A DNA stretch of 64,000 nucleotides, from positions 79,494 through 143,493 of the IMG/VR virus record IMGVR_UViG_3300033120_000868, one strand, 5' to 3'. Each line of letters begins with the position of its first letter. Position 1 is the stretch's first letter. Below, piece by piece: positions 12,101-20,668 of the stretch. Made by a program: the position numbers and the translations under genes. The DNA comes from a virus. Lineage: Duplodnaviria > Caudoviricetes. Under the pieces are notes generated by a model. That model was given only the letters and a program-made list of their open reading frames with translations, did no database searches and was not told the origin of the DNA.

Positions 12101-12425
12101 TTCTCAAGCAGGTATTATTGGGGAGATATACAAATCTTTAGCATCCCCTTTAGTAGGACTTTCAAGAGTTAAAAATATTGCTACTTTTTGGCACGTATTT
12201 GATTCAGACGAAGTAAAGACAGGCAGATATGCAGGATTAACAGGTACTGAACAATATATAATTCAAGCTATTCCTGGTTTAAAAGCTGCTTATGATGTAG
12301 CTTCACCTAAGAATATTAAAACACAAGCGAACACTTATGACCATTTTAATAAAGAAAACGAGGTATTTAACATATTCAGTGTTATGTTAAACGAAATTGA
12401 AGAAGAAGACGAGAATGAAGAGTAA
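6186..12425 (+). CDS. Giant virion/ejection-type protein with LPD23-like domain and metallopeptidase motif
   Basis: 2079 aa; N-terminal GEKGA..AKEME..ATGWER..KFRYEI (LPD23-like), LLHELSH..IEGF..GEVEA zincin motif, long helical body, hydrophobic segment near C-terminus. Confidence 0.75.
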   Translation: MACKLVYNNEGQFVKALTPDGRESSLFKQILSIPHIRSVKEASELYANIFSKKMYSIMGEKGAQNLDKAQEVTFRMDNLRIAKEMEKENKSPKEIKLATGWERSEVDNKFRYEILDGSFSNLNYERNQPHGTFTNGVGVLPLSEIYQNKELFDAYPNIENSSVVIYSTDNPVFDQATMFNFQNTIFINERKSITTNTEGLHTLTNQGRRVLLHELSHSVQNIEGFGRGDNPATMATRIKDALNEFKSENKTVDEIKPNTILNTLKNIGVDFSFGLDDFSIDYIAQNYSEDLYERVSGEVEANNVSKRFGMSLEERRNSLFSETQDVSTEDQIFLENNLGVSSKVEPQLNFQSDKGNTFKTFKEALKDSTGGDMNVLFDDQVVGVINSEQNLDTFGGTVNHLIASNILSENTIVENGKVYLKAEGFDPLKQLINEDYLKEYFPLSKITRDGKVEVLERVEPSVIRDVFRTFSPSEGQLSEETLKDRMLNFLKEVGITVTSIDNYVKAYKIRNGVAPGAEAIADFANQVIAFKDGEIEIDKLSEETAHFIIENWDEAEIRNLTRNIHKTQTFAEFYQQYYEIYQRENPEMSAEELDFFTRKEILGKELAKSLQDRFDATNKEPNILKRIYELFAKFISSLTTQGNYKAQLEDLTEKVDDLLLRKDAGAVFQLKNKKFRMYSLPQTNVVKAVAEQEKLLARTGQGSNKTAKEVLDSVSKAAEKATTDSVVTLAKRQVKYVKEAVDAAVRRGRPLSTEESLVLNNLTHAVRPALEGLQAFIKNKSEYKKQADVVEKTLSEISMISGSYNNAENNLVDQLLDRIIERNPGLESKRDQLKAEIETVQRDTNYMYSYFGQVSHASDPILQMLAVVGSDIYNEARINYNERQMAFNRKIKELGFVERDVNKLVGSDGHIISKWDFEEFAEFERYARGKAYLDNVDAIIADLESRPVENQDNLEEHKAYKAMSQEEFLEKFEYFPAITNKVLAARTSAQATEIINQGEETTLSDEEVQKRITNNANLSDVTKATIRGFMETRAMIRKNMKTSSSGTKIYTLQNRHDMEYLNMERRKAMSIYKTENAKEVKQGLSTSTAKIGQENLFLEIENQYLNLDRANASDEAIIAFEMLRQQKEFMSKNTSRLSGVTEKFMQDLEDMEKDPEVTREDLIDFIKLNTSVGFSDSFFEGEFTSVFDTIENDVNTPDELQDTLILYKEALKERKAILARYRDPNNATNVLTHNMNDLDLYNLEQLTIELEGQTKTLLDYAKKQGLTSEQAEKRTVKAPNESYYEELKTQNLEDFEDIYSFTIKHMTPKAKMAVGAYKLAIESGNIPERMESLVVEYGANEEGILKYAQSKMLPYYSSNSPIGLVEFYDNLRNSQTAVSDLVKGLDADPDVRLSVSYDYSDSTSDEALNKFKDPDFRANTREPSLRKPAPTVFGKTFDFNNKEYSKLTPQLLELQKAYLDFQEENLKGYGVEANYNIYKLPQVERANLDKLKGFGKDTKATFKEYVERITTHRVDEQDFGADREMFNAGIKTIPKKYLSKLNKEEVSTDLLYSSALLAQQVELYKARVKYFGEISALEKKLQSRQFIGGKPVQSSNTYAMFKSAVDNMMFGIQETQQMRVSVPILNKEVDLSKVLRTLQRYVSNLSLAFNPIVPATSMLTAMSAYVAEPFIKQYIDPESYKKGSMTAKKWMGASMKDTGSIDVKSDAVAVGNHFGIFDLAQRYKNANYEKFVRTAVGNASYGLHTVGNFIPLTQAVAVTLTAHRFSNNKLITRKEFAGTDVEWGRLKSVADYIENSNGEMTYNSEMLRENGITPEQWKNIELGLMSRVGKIVERIDGQIKTQDRTVAQRNFLLSWSMLHKGWLAIGTANAFKGKQINMLTGQVEQGKYTGALSWAMKSAGQKFNIKNIKDKYGEVDEADKVSARRVLVESGVLMILTILGFFIAAGADDDEESTTKQLANYLALRTKNETISSQAGIIGEIYKSLASPLVGLSRVKNIATFWHVFDSDEVKTGRYAGLTGTEQYIIQAIPGLKAAYDVASPKNIKTQANTYDHFNKENEVFNIFSVMLNEIEEEDENEE

Positions 12426-12430
12426 GATTA

Positions 12431-12458
12431 AGGAGAGGCTAACAACCTCTCTTTTTTT
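12431..12458 (+). terminator. Rho-independent terminator
   Basis: GAGAGG-CTAACAA-CCTCTC plus T7. Confidence 0.75.
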
Positions 12459-12489
12459 ATGAACTAAATGGAAAATTTTTGCTGTTTTA

Positions 12490-12521
12490 TTTGCATATAT
12501 GAAAACTTTTTTGTATCTTTG
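12490..12521 (+). promoter_or_regulatory. Bacteroidota-type promoter
   Basis: TTTG-N20-TATCTTTG. Confidence 0.7.
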
Positions 12522-12540
12522 CGTTTTAAATAATTAAAGT

Positions 12541-12816
12541 ATGACAGTAGAAAAACAAATAGACGAATTAACTAAAGAAACCTTTAGATTTTGGATAAAT
12601 GGTAATATAATTGTATTGGATGCTTATTACCTTTTTTCGCGCGAAAATAAAAGAAAAAGAAATTATAATTTTGTAAAAAGATATGAAAGACTATCAGATA
12701 GAAACTCTTTCACACCTTTACAAGAAGTACCTCTTACAGAAGAAATAAAAACAGAAGTTTTACAAGAGTATTTTAAAACTTTAAAAGTGATGACTTGGGA
12801 AGAATATAAAAAATAA
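12541..12816 (+). CDS. hypothetical phage protein
   Basis: ORF after promoter, operon packing. Confidence 0.7.
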   Translation: MTVEKQIDELTKETFRFWINGNIIVLDAYYLFSRENKRKRNYNFVKRYERLSDRNSFTPLQEVPLTEEIKTEVLQEYFKTLKVMTWEEYKK

Positions 12817-12820
12817 AATT

Positions 12821-13384
12821 ATGGAAATACAAAAAGCATATAAGTTAGTAGTAGACAACTTATTATTAGATGAGCCTTATCACTATGAAGCCCCAATTGT
12901 TTATGCAAAAACAGCAGGGGAAGCTAAATCTAAAGGTATCAAATATTTTTACGATTACAGAGTAGAAGATATGTATGACTACGGAAGATATAATGAAAGA
13001 GAGATAACTTTCACAGATATAAAGGCTAAGAGGGATAAGAACAGTGATAAATTCTTATATAAAGACCAATGGGAAACAAGAGAAAGAATCTCTCAACTTG
13101 AATGGGAAGATAAAAGAGATGAAGAAGCAAAACAAATTTGGTTAGATAATCCTGATGGAATTGCTGTTGTATGGGCAGGATGTTATAACAGTTATTGGGG
13201 TGCAAATCATGCAGGATATTATTCAAATATAATTAATGCTGGAAAATACTCAACAAAAGAAGCTTATGATATTGTTAGAGGTTCAGATTACTCTCGCCAA
13301 GAAAAAGTAGTTTTACTTAATAAAGAAGAGTATAATAATAAAATAATGGAAAAAGCGCATCAACTTTTAAATAGTATGGTATAA
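12821..13384 (+). CDS. hypothetical phage protein
   Basis: 187 aa, operon packing. Confidence 0.75.
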   Translation: MEIQKAYKLVVDNLLLDEPYHYEAPIVYAKTAGEAKSKGIKYFYDYRVEDMYDYGRYNEREITFTDIKAKRDKNSDKFLYKDQWETRERISQLEWEDKRDEEAKQIWLDNPDGIAVVWAGCYNSYWGANHAGYYSNIINAGKYSTKEAYDIVRGSDYSRQEKVVLLNKEEYNNKIMEKAHQLLNSMV

Positions 13385-13608
13385 TGAAAAAAGAAGACAT
13401 CAGAAAAGCTTTTGAAGAAGTGTTTAACAACTCTAAAACACAAACAGAAAGAGAGTTTAAAGGTGTAAGAGGTTGTATAACTTATAGATATAAAGACATT
13501 ATGGATTTTAGTCATTGTGGAAATGAAGAGTGTCCAAGTTGTAGTTTAGTTACGAAAGCTTTTAGAGAAGAAGTAGAACGACAAATATTTAAACCTTATG
13601 AAAAATAA
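13384..13608 (+). CDS. hypothetical protein with Cys cluster
   Basis: HCGNEECPSC; overlapping start/stop. Confidence 0.65.
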   Translation: MKKEDIRKAFEEVFNNSKTQTEREFKGVRGCITYRYKDIMDFSHCGNEECPSCSLVTKAFREEVERQIFKPYEK

Positions 13609-13694
13609 ACCGCAAGATAAAAACAGAACTCCTTACTACAAATGGGATAAGAAAAGAGGATTCACAATAGCAGGTTATATAACAGAAGGCAAAG

Positions 13695-14081
13695 ATGGAA
13701 AAACCAACAGTTAGAGTAGGAATAGTTGGTTCACGCTCAATTACATCTTCAGAATATGTTTTTTCTGTTCTTGATTTTTATTTGTCGCGACTTTTAGAAG
13801 AAAATGAAGTTGTTATAGTGTCAGGAGACCAAAAGAAAGGTGTTGATGGATATGCTAAAACTTACGCAGAAAAACGTGGTTTAAAATATATAGGGTTTCC
13901 CCCAAGATACGATTTATATCACGTAAAAAGAGCACCTCTTGAAAGAAATACAGAAATAGTAAATGAAAGTGATTACCTAATCGCGATACAAGAAAATAAT
14001 TCACGAGGAACTCAAGATTCTATAGATAAAGCTAAAAAGAAAGGAATACCAATTAAAATTATTCAGTATGAGAACAGGTAA
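13695..14081 (+). CDS. SLOG-superfamily (YspA/DUF2493-like) protein
   Basis: IVGSR, IVSG..KGVD, RN.EIV..SD, SRGT..I motifs. Confidence 0.8.
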   Translation: MEKPTVRVGIVGSRSITSSEYVFSVLDFYLSRLLEENEVVIVSGDQKKGVDGYAKTYAEKRGLKYIGFPPRYDLYHVKRAPLERNTEIVNESDYLIAIQENNSRGTQDSIDKAKKKGIPIKIIQYENR

Positions 14082-14328
14082 AACACACGTACAAATATCA
14101 ATGTTAGCTAAATCTTTAAATGAAGATAAATTAGTTTTTGTAGCGGGAATGAAAGACCCAAAAGACTATACAGAAAGATTCTTCAGAGATTTTGGAATAG
14201 CAGTGATAACAGAACCACACTACATAACAAAAGATACGGAATTAGTTTTAGAAGATGTTCCTCCTTATAGAGCGTGGGAAACAAAATATGAACCTCAATT
14301 AACAGGATATGAATTTAAGAAGATATGA
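14068..14328 (+). CDS. hypothetical protein
   Basis: operon packing. Confidence 0.65.
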   Translation: MRTGKTHVQISMLAKSLNEDKLVFVAGMKDPKDYTERFFRDFGIAVITEPHYITKDTELVLEDVPPYRAWETKYEPQLTGYEFKKI

Positions 14329-14792
14329 AAAGTAAAACAGCACAAAGAATATTAGAAGAAACGCCTGAAGAAACCAAAGATAGGGTAAGAACTTTAACGA
14401 ATAGAGAACTTGAACTTTTACAGATAGGGTTCAGATATAATGAACATCAGTTGGAATATACACTTTCAAAGTATGATGTTTTATACAGAGTAGAAATTTG
14501 GAAGCTTTCAGACTATGATGACCATAAATGGAGTATTCTTATGGAAGATATCTGTTATGACCTACAAATGGTTAAAAAGCAGTACTATGATGATTTAAAA
14601 CGCCATTCGGCTTATACTTTCGCGCAAAAAGAAATAAAACAGCAAATTTTAGACTTAAAAAACAAATACAAATCTCACCTACAAGAAGAAACAAACTGTA
14701 AGATAGGAAAGAATACAAACTTTGTAAAAGAAACAGAACTAAAAGTTAAAATAAGTACTTTAATCGAGTTAGAAAATAAATTAGGATTATAA
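14325..14792 (+). CDS. hypothetical protein
   Basis: operon packing. Confidence 0.7.
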   Translation: MKSKTAQRILEETPEETKDRVRTLTNRELELLQIGFRYNEHQLEYTLSKYDVLYRVEIWKLSDYDDHKWSILMEDICYDLQMVKKQYYDDLKRHSAYTFAQKEIKQQILDLKNKYKSHLQEETNCKIGKNTNFVKETELKVKISTLIELENKLGL

Positions 14793-14799
14793 AAACAAG

Positions 14800-14831
14800 A
14801 AAGCCCAAGGATAATTCTCCAAGGGCTTTTT
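14800..14831. terminator. Bidirectional terminator at the convergence of the + and - gene blocks
   Basis: AAAGCCC...GGGCTTTTT between convergent ORFs. Confidence 0.65.
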
Positions 14832-15095
14832 CTATTTCAACTCTTTTACATTAATATTACCTAAACTAAATATATCCTTTAAGTGAGAATACTCTAAGAA
14901 TTGCGGGAAAGAAAATAATAAATCATCTCCACGTTTCATAACTTCATTATCAAAAAATCTTAACCTAACGTTATATCCATCTGTTTCAATATACATTAAC
15001 GTATCGTTATTCTTAATAGTTATTAATTTCTGCAAGAAACTCATTTTGTTAAACCTTTCCGATAGAGTTCTGTATTGTTCAACTGTGTAAGTCAT
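14832..15095 (-). CDS. hypothetical protein, paralog of cassette gene 59031-59429
   Basis: YTVEQYRTLSERFNKMSF vs FTLEQYVEMAKRFNQMSF. Confidence 0.75.
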   Translation of the reverse strand: MTYTVEQYRTLSERFNKMSFLQKLITIKNNDTLMYIETDGYNVRLRFFDNEVMKRGDDLLFSFPQFLEYSHLKDIFSLGNINVKELK

Positions 15096-15279
15096 CTCTT
15101 AAATTTATTAGTAAATCATATCGTTCTAATTTAATCATTTCTCTTTCTAAATCTTCTTTATATTGTATTTTCGAGGAAAAATTACCAAAACAGTCAATAT
15201 ATTTCCAATAGTTAAACTCATCCAAAGACATCTCTTCAAGAACTTTATCTTTTATTTGTAGGTATTGAATTTCAAGCAT
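15079..15279 (-). CDS. hypothetical protein
   Basis: operon packing. Confidence 0.6.
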   Translation of the reverse strand: MLEIQYLQIKDKVLEEMSLDEFNYWKYIDCFGNFSSKIQYKEDLEREMIKLERYDLLINLRDDLHS

Positions 15280-15282
15280 AAT

Positions 15283-15606
15283 TTAATAAGCTGTTGTAGC
15301 CACCATATCTGTATATTTAGCTGTTTTTAAATAATCCGCAAAAGATTCAATAATTAAATAACCACTACAAAAATCATCTTCTGTTAAATTGCCATAGTAC
15401 TCATCCCAATCAGGTTCTGATACATCTAAATCTAAAATATAACTATTTTCTAACTCCTTCTTAGTTAAGGCTTTTACAAGAGTATCTTCAAAAGAATTAA
15501 TACCTGTTTCAGAAGAGTAAAAGTCTCTTGCTTTTTTAATGTTAGGAGCACAAACCCAATCAGTGTCTCCTCCTTTTACATTATGTTCAAATTCATAAAT
15601 TTTCAT
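15283..15606 (-). CDS. hypothetical protein
   Basis: operon packing. Confidence 0.7.
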   Translation of the reverse strand: MKIYEFEHNVKGGDTDWVCAPNIKKARDFYSSETGINSFEDTLVKALTKKELENSYILDLDVSEPDWDEYYGNLTEDDFCSGYLIIESFADYLKTAKYTDMVATTAY

Positions 15607-15946
15607 AATCTTTCATATATTTTTTAATTTTCACTAATTCACTCATCCTATAATCATATTGAGAGCTCAAATCAATCTCCATATTTAAGTCCTCTTCCAT
15701 TTTTTCTTTGCTTAAATTATTTTCGCGCAAAAAAGATAAAACAGAAAGACAAAATTTAGAAGACTCTTTACTCCAATATCTATTACGCTTTCTTTCATTA
15801 GCTTTTTCCAACCATCCTGAGTCCTTTATAGCCACTCTTTTAATCCAATCAACATTAGACTCATCTGACCTTCTTTTATACCATCCAGGAGGCTTTAATT
15901 CAGCTAAGAAATCATTCCAACTTATGTTATCCTTCAGTTCTATCAT
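15593..15946 (-). CDS. hypothetical protein
   Basis: operon packing. Confidence 0.7.
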   Translation of the reverse strand: MIELKDNISWNDFLAELKPPGWYKRRSDESNVDWIKRVAIKDSGWLEKANERKRNRYWSKESSKFCLSVLSFLRENNLSKEKMEEDLNMEIDLSSQYDYRMSELVKIKKYMKDYENL

Positions 15947-16148
15947 CTCTTAACCTTTTACCTTTATTTTTATTATAATCTGTATTAATAAATATTAAAT
16001 CTTTAACATCAGTCCAAAAATCTTTTTTAGAAGCTCTCGTTTTCAATCTTGCTTTATCTCCTTTTACTTCTATCAATACAAACCTCATTGCTGGATGTGA
16101 TTGCCAAGTAGTGTGGTAGTTACAACCAATTATTAGTTCATTTTCCAT
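15927..16148 (-). CDS. hypothetical protein
   Basis: operon packing. Confidence 0.65.
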   Translation of the reverse strand: MENELIIGCNYHTTWQSHPAMRFVLIEVKGDKARLKTRASKKDFWTDVKDLIFINTDYNKNKGKRLRDDRTEG

Positions 16149-16151
16149 ATA

Positions 16152-16343
16152 CTAAATCACTTCCTTTAAATACTCAATTATATCTTTCAAACATTTCTGC
16201 TCACCATATTGCCTACTCTCAGAAAAAGAGTTCATAGCAAAAGGTTCTTTAATACACTTTTCTAATTCCGTTATTAACTCATCTCTAAAATCATAGGCTG
16301 ATGTATCAACACCTCCGCCTAATTCTACTCCTAATACTTTCAT
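16152..16343 (-). CDS. hypothetical protein
   Basis: operon packing. Confidence 0.6.
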   Translation of the reverse strand: MKVLGVELGGGVDTSAYDFRDELITELEKCIKEPFAMNSFSESRQYGEQKCLKDIIEYLKEVI

Positions 16344-16346
16344 AGT

Positions 16347-16532
16347 CTATAATTGTTCATTATGTTTATAAGCTAACTCTCTTAATTCTTCTGCTTTTTT
16401 ATTAAAATCGTCTTCTCTATATGGAATATCTCCACCTATTAATTCAAAGTGTTTGTTTTCAGCTTTTCCACCTTCTATTTCAGCCTGTACAGCAAGTACT
16501 AAAGCTAATCTTTTAACATCGTATTCGTTCAT
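16347..16532 (-). CDS. hypothetical protein
   Basis: operon packing. Confidence 0.65.
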   Translation of the reverse strand: MNEYDVKRLALVLAVQAEIEGGKAENKHFELIGGDIPYREDDFNKKAEELRELAYKHNEQL

Positions 16533-16551
16533 AATTTATTTATTTTTATAA

Positions 16552-16836
16552 TTACCACATTCTTTTAAGTTCTTTTTTAATGTCTCTATATGTATTTTTA
16601 TTAAATCCGCCGATAAAAAAGGCTAAAGGAATAAGAAACAGCAAAACAAAATAACTAAAAGGATTAAACTTAACTAACTTAATATTATAGTTATAATCAT
16701 TATTATTGTTCCAAGCTTTCTTATCAATAATTTCAAATTTTAAAACCTTTATTCTATGTAATATCCTTAACATAAAAGGTTGTTCTTTAAGTATAAACTC
16801 TTTATATTGTTTTTCTGTGAATTTAGTGTTTTTCAT
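16552..16836 (-). CDS. hypothetical membrane protein
   Basis: C-terminal hydrophobic stretch. Confidence 0.6.
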   Translation of the reverse strand: MKNTKFTEKQYKEFILKEQPFMLRILHRIKVLKFEIIDKKAWNNNNDYNYNIKLVKFNPFSYFVLLFLIPLAFFIGGFNKNTYRDIKKELKRMW

Positions 16837-17011
16837 ATTTCTCTTCTAAATAATATTCAACTAATTTATCAACACAATTAACGCCATAAAATTCTATATC
16901 AATGGCTCTTTGATTCATCATCCAAATTGCAAAATCTTTTAATTTTTCTCTTTCCATGTATTCCTATTTTTAAGTTTTGGTAATTTTCTTTATTTACTGC
17001 CGAAGGTTAAT

Positions 17012-17410
17012 TTACACTTTACTTAGTGAGTGAAAACAACCTTGTCCGCAATAAGACTCTATTTGATAACCTTTCCAAGTATACATTCCTGTTGTGAACA
17101 TATTATATCTTTTATTTTTAGATTTTTTACCCAACTTTTTCATAGCTCTAAATAGAGGGTTATACAAAGAAGTTTCTCCATCATAATGTTGCTTCCAAAG
17201 AATATCTCTTCTTTTTTCGGCGTGTTTTTCAAATTTATGAAATAACTCCTCTAAACTTTCATCTGTTTTATCTTTTAGAAAGTTCTTAACTCTGTTCTTC
17301 CATCTCTTATTGAAGTCATCTTCTTTTGCCCACTTTTCAGCCATTTCATCCATAGCTTTTTGACCCTCTTCTGAGTCTAAATAGTTTTTAAATTTTTCAA
17401 AATCAATCAT
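17012..17410 (-). CDS. hypothetical protein
   Basis: 132 aa ORF. Confidence 0.7.
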   Translation of the reverse strand: MIDFEKFKNYLDSEEGQKAMDEMAEKWAKEDDFNKRWKNRVKNFLKDKTDESLEELFHKFEKHAEKRRDILWKQHYDGETSLYNPLFRAMKKLGKKSKNKRYNMFTTGMYTWKGYQIESYCGQGCFHSLSKV

Positions 17411-17472
17411 AATATTTATATTTCATAGTTAAATTGTCAGGTTAAACCTCACAAGAGTGATATAAATGATAA

Positions 17473-17745
17473 TTAATCAGTTCTATCTGTCCAAAATTCA
17501 ATCTTATCATTTAATTTGTTTATAAGCATCACTTTAGCTGTATTATAATCTTCAGTTACTCCTGATTTGAAAATGTCTTCTAAAGTTTTTCTATAAATTC
17601 TGATAGGGTCTTCATTTTTATTTATAAAGATAAAGTAATTTTCGTTTTTTGGATGTACACACAAGTAGCTCATCCATTGAATATTAAGATTTTCAATATA
17701 ATAAATCTTAACTCCTTGTTTTAATAAATTTTCAATTTTTTCCAT
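17473..17745 (-). CDS. hypothetical protein
   Basis: ORF downstream of promoter. Confidence 0.65.
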   Translation of the reverse strand: MEKIENLLKQGVKIYYIENLNIQWMSYLCVHPKNENYFIFINKNEDPIRIYRKTLEDIFKSGVTEDYNTAKVMLINKLNDKIEFWTDRTD

Positions 17746-17798
17746 AATTTTAATTTTCGCGTAAAAAGTTAAAAGAAACAGATTTTCTATTTCTCAAG

Positions 17799-17830
17799 CA
17801 AAGATACAAAAACAAATCCAATAAAACAAA
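17799..17830 (-). promoter_or_regulatory. Bacteroidota-type promoter
   Basis: reverse strand TTTG-N20-TATCTTTG. Confidence 0.7.
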
Positions 17831-17876
17831 CAAAGCTCAAGAAAAATTAATCTCCTGAGCTTTATTTATATTTAGT

Positions 17877-19478
17877 CTAAATTAGTCCTGATAAAGTGTA
17901 ATCATCATCAAAGACTAAAAGTTGATTCTTACCATTATTATGAATTACTGAATGTGCATAAGCCCAACTACTTAAACCCTTTCTATTGTACCACTGATTT
18001 ATGTTACATGTAGTCCCCACACAGGTGACATTATTATGTAACATTGGAGAATGAGTATGTGCGTGAATTAGCTTTAAATTCAACCTACTAAAACTTTTTG
18101 TACCACCCTTCGCCCCATTGCTCGAAAAATCTCCGTGTGCAGAACACTGATAATCAGCTATATACATAGATTCACCCATTTTCATATACTTAACAGAATC
18201 TCCAAAACGTTCCCAAATTAAATACCCTAAAATATTCCCATGTTCACGTAAATCGACTGTCTGTTGTATATAAGCATACTTTAAATACGCAGGAGAATTA
18301 TGTAAATCTTTTTTCCAATTTTCATTGTCAATATGTCTTTGTAAAAATAAATCGTGATTTGACTCTGAAATATAAACTTCACCACAACAACCTTTAATTT
18401 CGTCTATTAAATCTAAGCATTCATTTATTTCATCTTCTAATAAATGTTTACCTTGTGTTATTTTAAGACGTTTTAAGAACATATCTTTAGCTTCGTGAAC
18501 ATTGATAGTACTTCCATCAAAAATATCGTGTAAAACACTTTTCTGAGGATTTAATTTTGCAACCAATTCTTTAGATACGTTTAGAAAATCTCTATTGATT
18601 TCTCGTGCATGAATATCGCCCCAAACAAAACCTAAAGAGGAATTAATAATAGAAACTTCTTTTTTATCCACAGAGTAAATCAAATCACAAAAACTTCCAT
18701 CTGATTTAACCTTTACATTTCTAGGAATATAACAAGTATCTTTATCTTTTAATTCAACTACAACAAAGCCATAAGAGTGTAATAATGCTCCTGTTTCTCC
18801 CGCTTTAGACCTAGAATAATTTTTAGTTGTTATGTAACCTGTTGTACAAATAGTTTTTAAACTATCTCCTCTGAAACGAGGTAAAGTTCTAAAATGATTT
18901 TTACTATGTCCTAAAACAACGTGCCCATTCTCAGCTAATATTTCATATCCTTCTGTAGGATTTTTTGCAGTAGGGGAGATGTGAGAGTCACAACTAATTA
19001 AGGTATTTCCTAAATTAACTTTTCCATAAAATAAATACTCATCTAATTCTGTTTCCCACCAATCAGAAGCTTTGTTTTTTTCATCTTCTATGTTATTTGT
19101 TGGATTTCTGTATTTAGAAGGTATCACTACAATCTCTGTTTCTTTACCTAATTGATTAGTAATATAATCTTTGTAAGCTACTAAGTTGTTTAAGAAATCT
19201 TTATTTACTGCTGTCTTATTTTGAGCTGTTGTAACTAAAAGAACTTTTGTATTTTTATTCAAAGTTCTATCTTGAGCCTTTTGTAATTGAGGTGAAAGGT
19301 TTGTTGCTAATCTGTTTAAATCTAATTTTTGCCACCAACCTCTAATAGTTCTCTCAGCAACATTAAATTTTTTAGATAAGATTTCCATTTTTTCCACATG
19401 TAACATTTCCTGATAGTATACATGTTTTATGTATTCTATATTTTCAGGTGTTAAATCTTTAAATGTTGTTTTCTGCAT
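17877..19478 (-). CDS. T5 A1-like calcineurin-type metallophosphoesterase/nuclease with N-terminal HTH
   Basis: GDIH, HDIFDG, SNHD, HGD, HAHTHSP motifs; TTAQNKT..V..F segment; 533 aa. Confidence 0.75.
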   Translation of the reverse strand: MQKTTFKDLTPENIEYIKHVYYQEMLHVEKMEILSKKFNVAERTIRGWWQKLDLNRLATNLSPQLQKAQDRTLNKNTKVLLVTTAQNKTAVNKDFLNNLVAYKDYITNQLGKETEIVVIPSKYRNPTNNIEDEKNKASDWWETELDEYLFYGKVNLGNTLISCDSHISPTAKNPTEGYEILAENGHVVLGHSKNHFRTLPRFRGDSLKTICTTGYITTKNYSRSKAGETGALLHSYGFVVVELKDKDTCYIPRNVKVKSDGSFCDLIYSVDKKEVSIINSSLGFVWGDIHAREINRDFLNVSKELVAKLNPQKSVLHDIFDGSTINVHEAKDMFLKRLKITQGKHLLEDEINECLDLIDEIKGCCGEVYISESNHDLFLQRHIDNENWKKDLHNSPAYLKYAYIQQTVDLREHGNILGYLIWERFGDSVKYMKMGESMYIADYQCSAHGDFSSNGAKGGTKSFSRLNLKLIHAHTHSPMLHNNVTCVGTTCNINQWYNRKGLSSWAYAHSVIHNNGKNQLLVFDDDYTLSGLI

Positions 19479-19489
19479 TTATTACTTAT

Positions 19490-19972
19490 TTAGTTAATAT
19501 ACTTTTCTTTTATTACTACATCCCAATAATCTGTTGTTGTTTTTTCTCCGTTGTAATGAGATGTCCAAGTGCAAGGATGTTTTTCAATAGCTTCTTTTAA
19601 TCTTTCTTTCCGCGATTTTAACTTATCTGTATCATATTCATACGCGAGCCAACATTCCCAATAGTGTATATCATGTTTAGGTACAAAAATTAAAGCAATT
19701 TGATAGCCAAAAACTACAAAACTCCATACAGGATTATACTCGTGTCTAAAGTCATCATATTTAGTCTTCCAACCCATTCCACAAAAACTAAAACCTAGTT
19801 TCTTTTCACTAAATTCATAATATCTCGTTTCTTTATTAAGCTTCATGTTACGTGGTAGGAAAAAAGGAACACCAATAGCTGTTCTACCAATATAAAATTT
19901 CGGTAAAAAGGATTTAAACGGAGAAAAATACACTTTCATCCATTCAAATTTATATCCTAATTTTAGTTTCAT
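19490..19972 (-). CDS. hypothetical protein
   Basis: operon packing. Confidence 0.7.
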   Translation of the reverse strand: MKLKLGYKFEWMKVYFSPFKSFLPKFYIGRTAIGVPFFLPRNMKLNKETRYYEFSEKKLGFSFCGMGWKTKYDDFRHEYNPVWSFVVFGYQIALIFVPKHDIHYWECWLAYEYDTDKLKSRKERLKEAIEKHPCTWTSHYNGEKTTTDYWDVVIKEKYIN

Positions 19973-19973
19973 A

Positions 19974-20183
19974 TTACTTTATATTTTCTAATGGATAAGC
20001 GGTTAAAATAGATTCTTCATCTATTCCTGCATAACCGTCTCCATATCCGTCTGTTGTTGCTTTTTCACTCGCTTGTTTTAAAGCTTCTTCTACGTGCATT
20101 TTAGCAAACGTGATTAACTTTTCATCTAATGAGTATGTAACATATCTTATGTCATTACAAAATTCTTCTGCTGTTGGTATCAT
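19974..20183 (-). CDS. small phage protein (PTAEEF..FAKMHV..AYPLENIK type)
   Basis: operon packing; motif typical of small Bacteroidota phage proteins. Confidence 0.7.
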   Translation of the reverse strand: MIPTAEEFCNDIRYVTYSLDEKLITFAKMHVEEALKQASEKATTDGYGDGYAGIDEESILTAYPLENIK

Positions 20184-20668
20184 CTTGTTCCTCTAATTTG
20201 GTTAATATATAAATCTCTTTGTTGCATTGTCATATTCTCAAACAATTCCATCCACTGATGAACCATAGCTTGAGAGACAATATCTTTATAACTGTCTTTA
20301 ACTTCTAAAACTTGGTATCCGTGGTCTTCAACAATTTCAATATGTTCTTCCAAAGATAATTTTTCTGAAAAGTCGTAGTTTAAATCATATAGAGCATCTA
20401 CTAAATCTCCTTCATCTGTAGCTGAAACTAAATTAAATTCTTCAGTAGCATAATTTTCAATTTCATAAGAAGATAGTAAACTTAATAGTTTTTCTGTTTC
20501 ATCATTGACTAAATGTTCTATTTTATCTATTTCTTTTTTATCCCCCGCCTGAAAAAAGTCAAGAACAGATTCTAATACATCATACTCTTGTAGAGATAAT
20601 TTCCACTTAGACTTTATAAATTCTAAAATATCCTCTGTATCTTTTGGTTTTCTATTTTCCATTACCAA
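20180..20668 (-). CDS. acidic hypothetical protein
   Basis: operon packing. Confidence 0.7.
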   Translation of the reverse strand: MVMENRKPKDTEDILEFIKSKWKLSLQEYDVLESVLDFFQAGDKKEIDKIEHLVNDETEKLLSLLSSYEIENYATEEFNLVSATDEGDLVDALYDLNYDFSEKLSLEEHIEIVEDHGYQVLEVKDSYKDIVSQAMVHQWMELFENMTMQQRDLYINQIRGTR

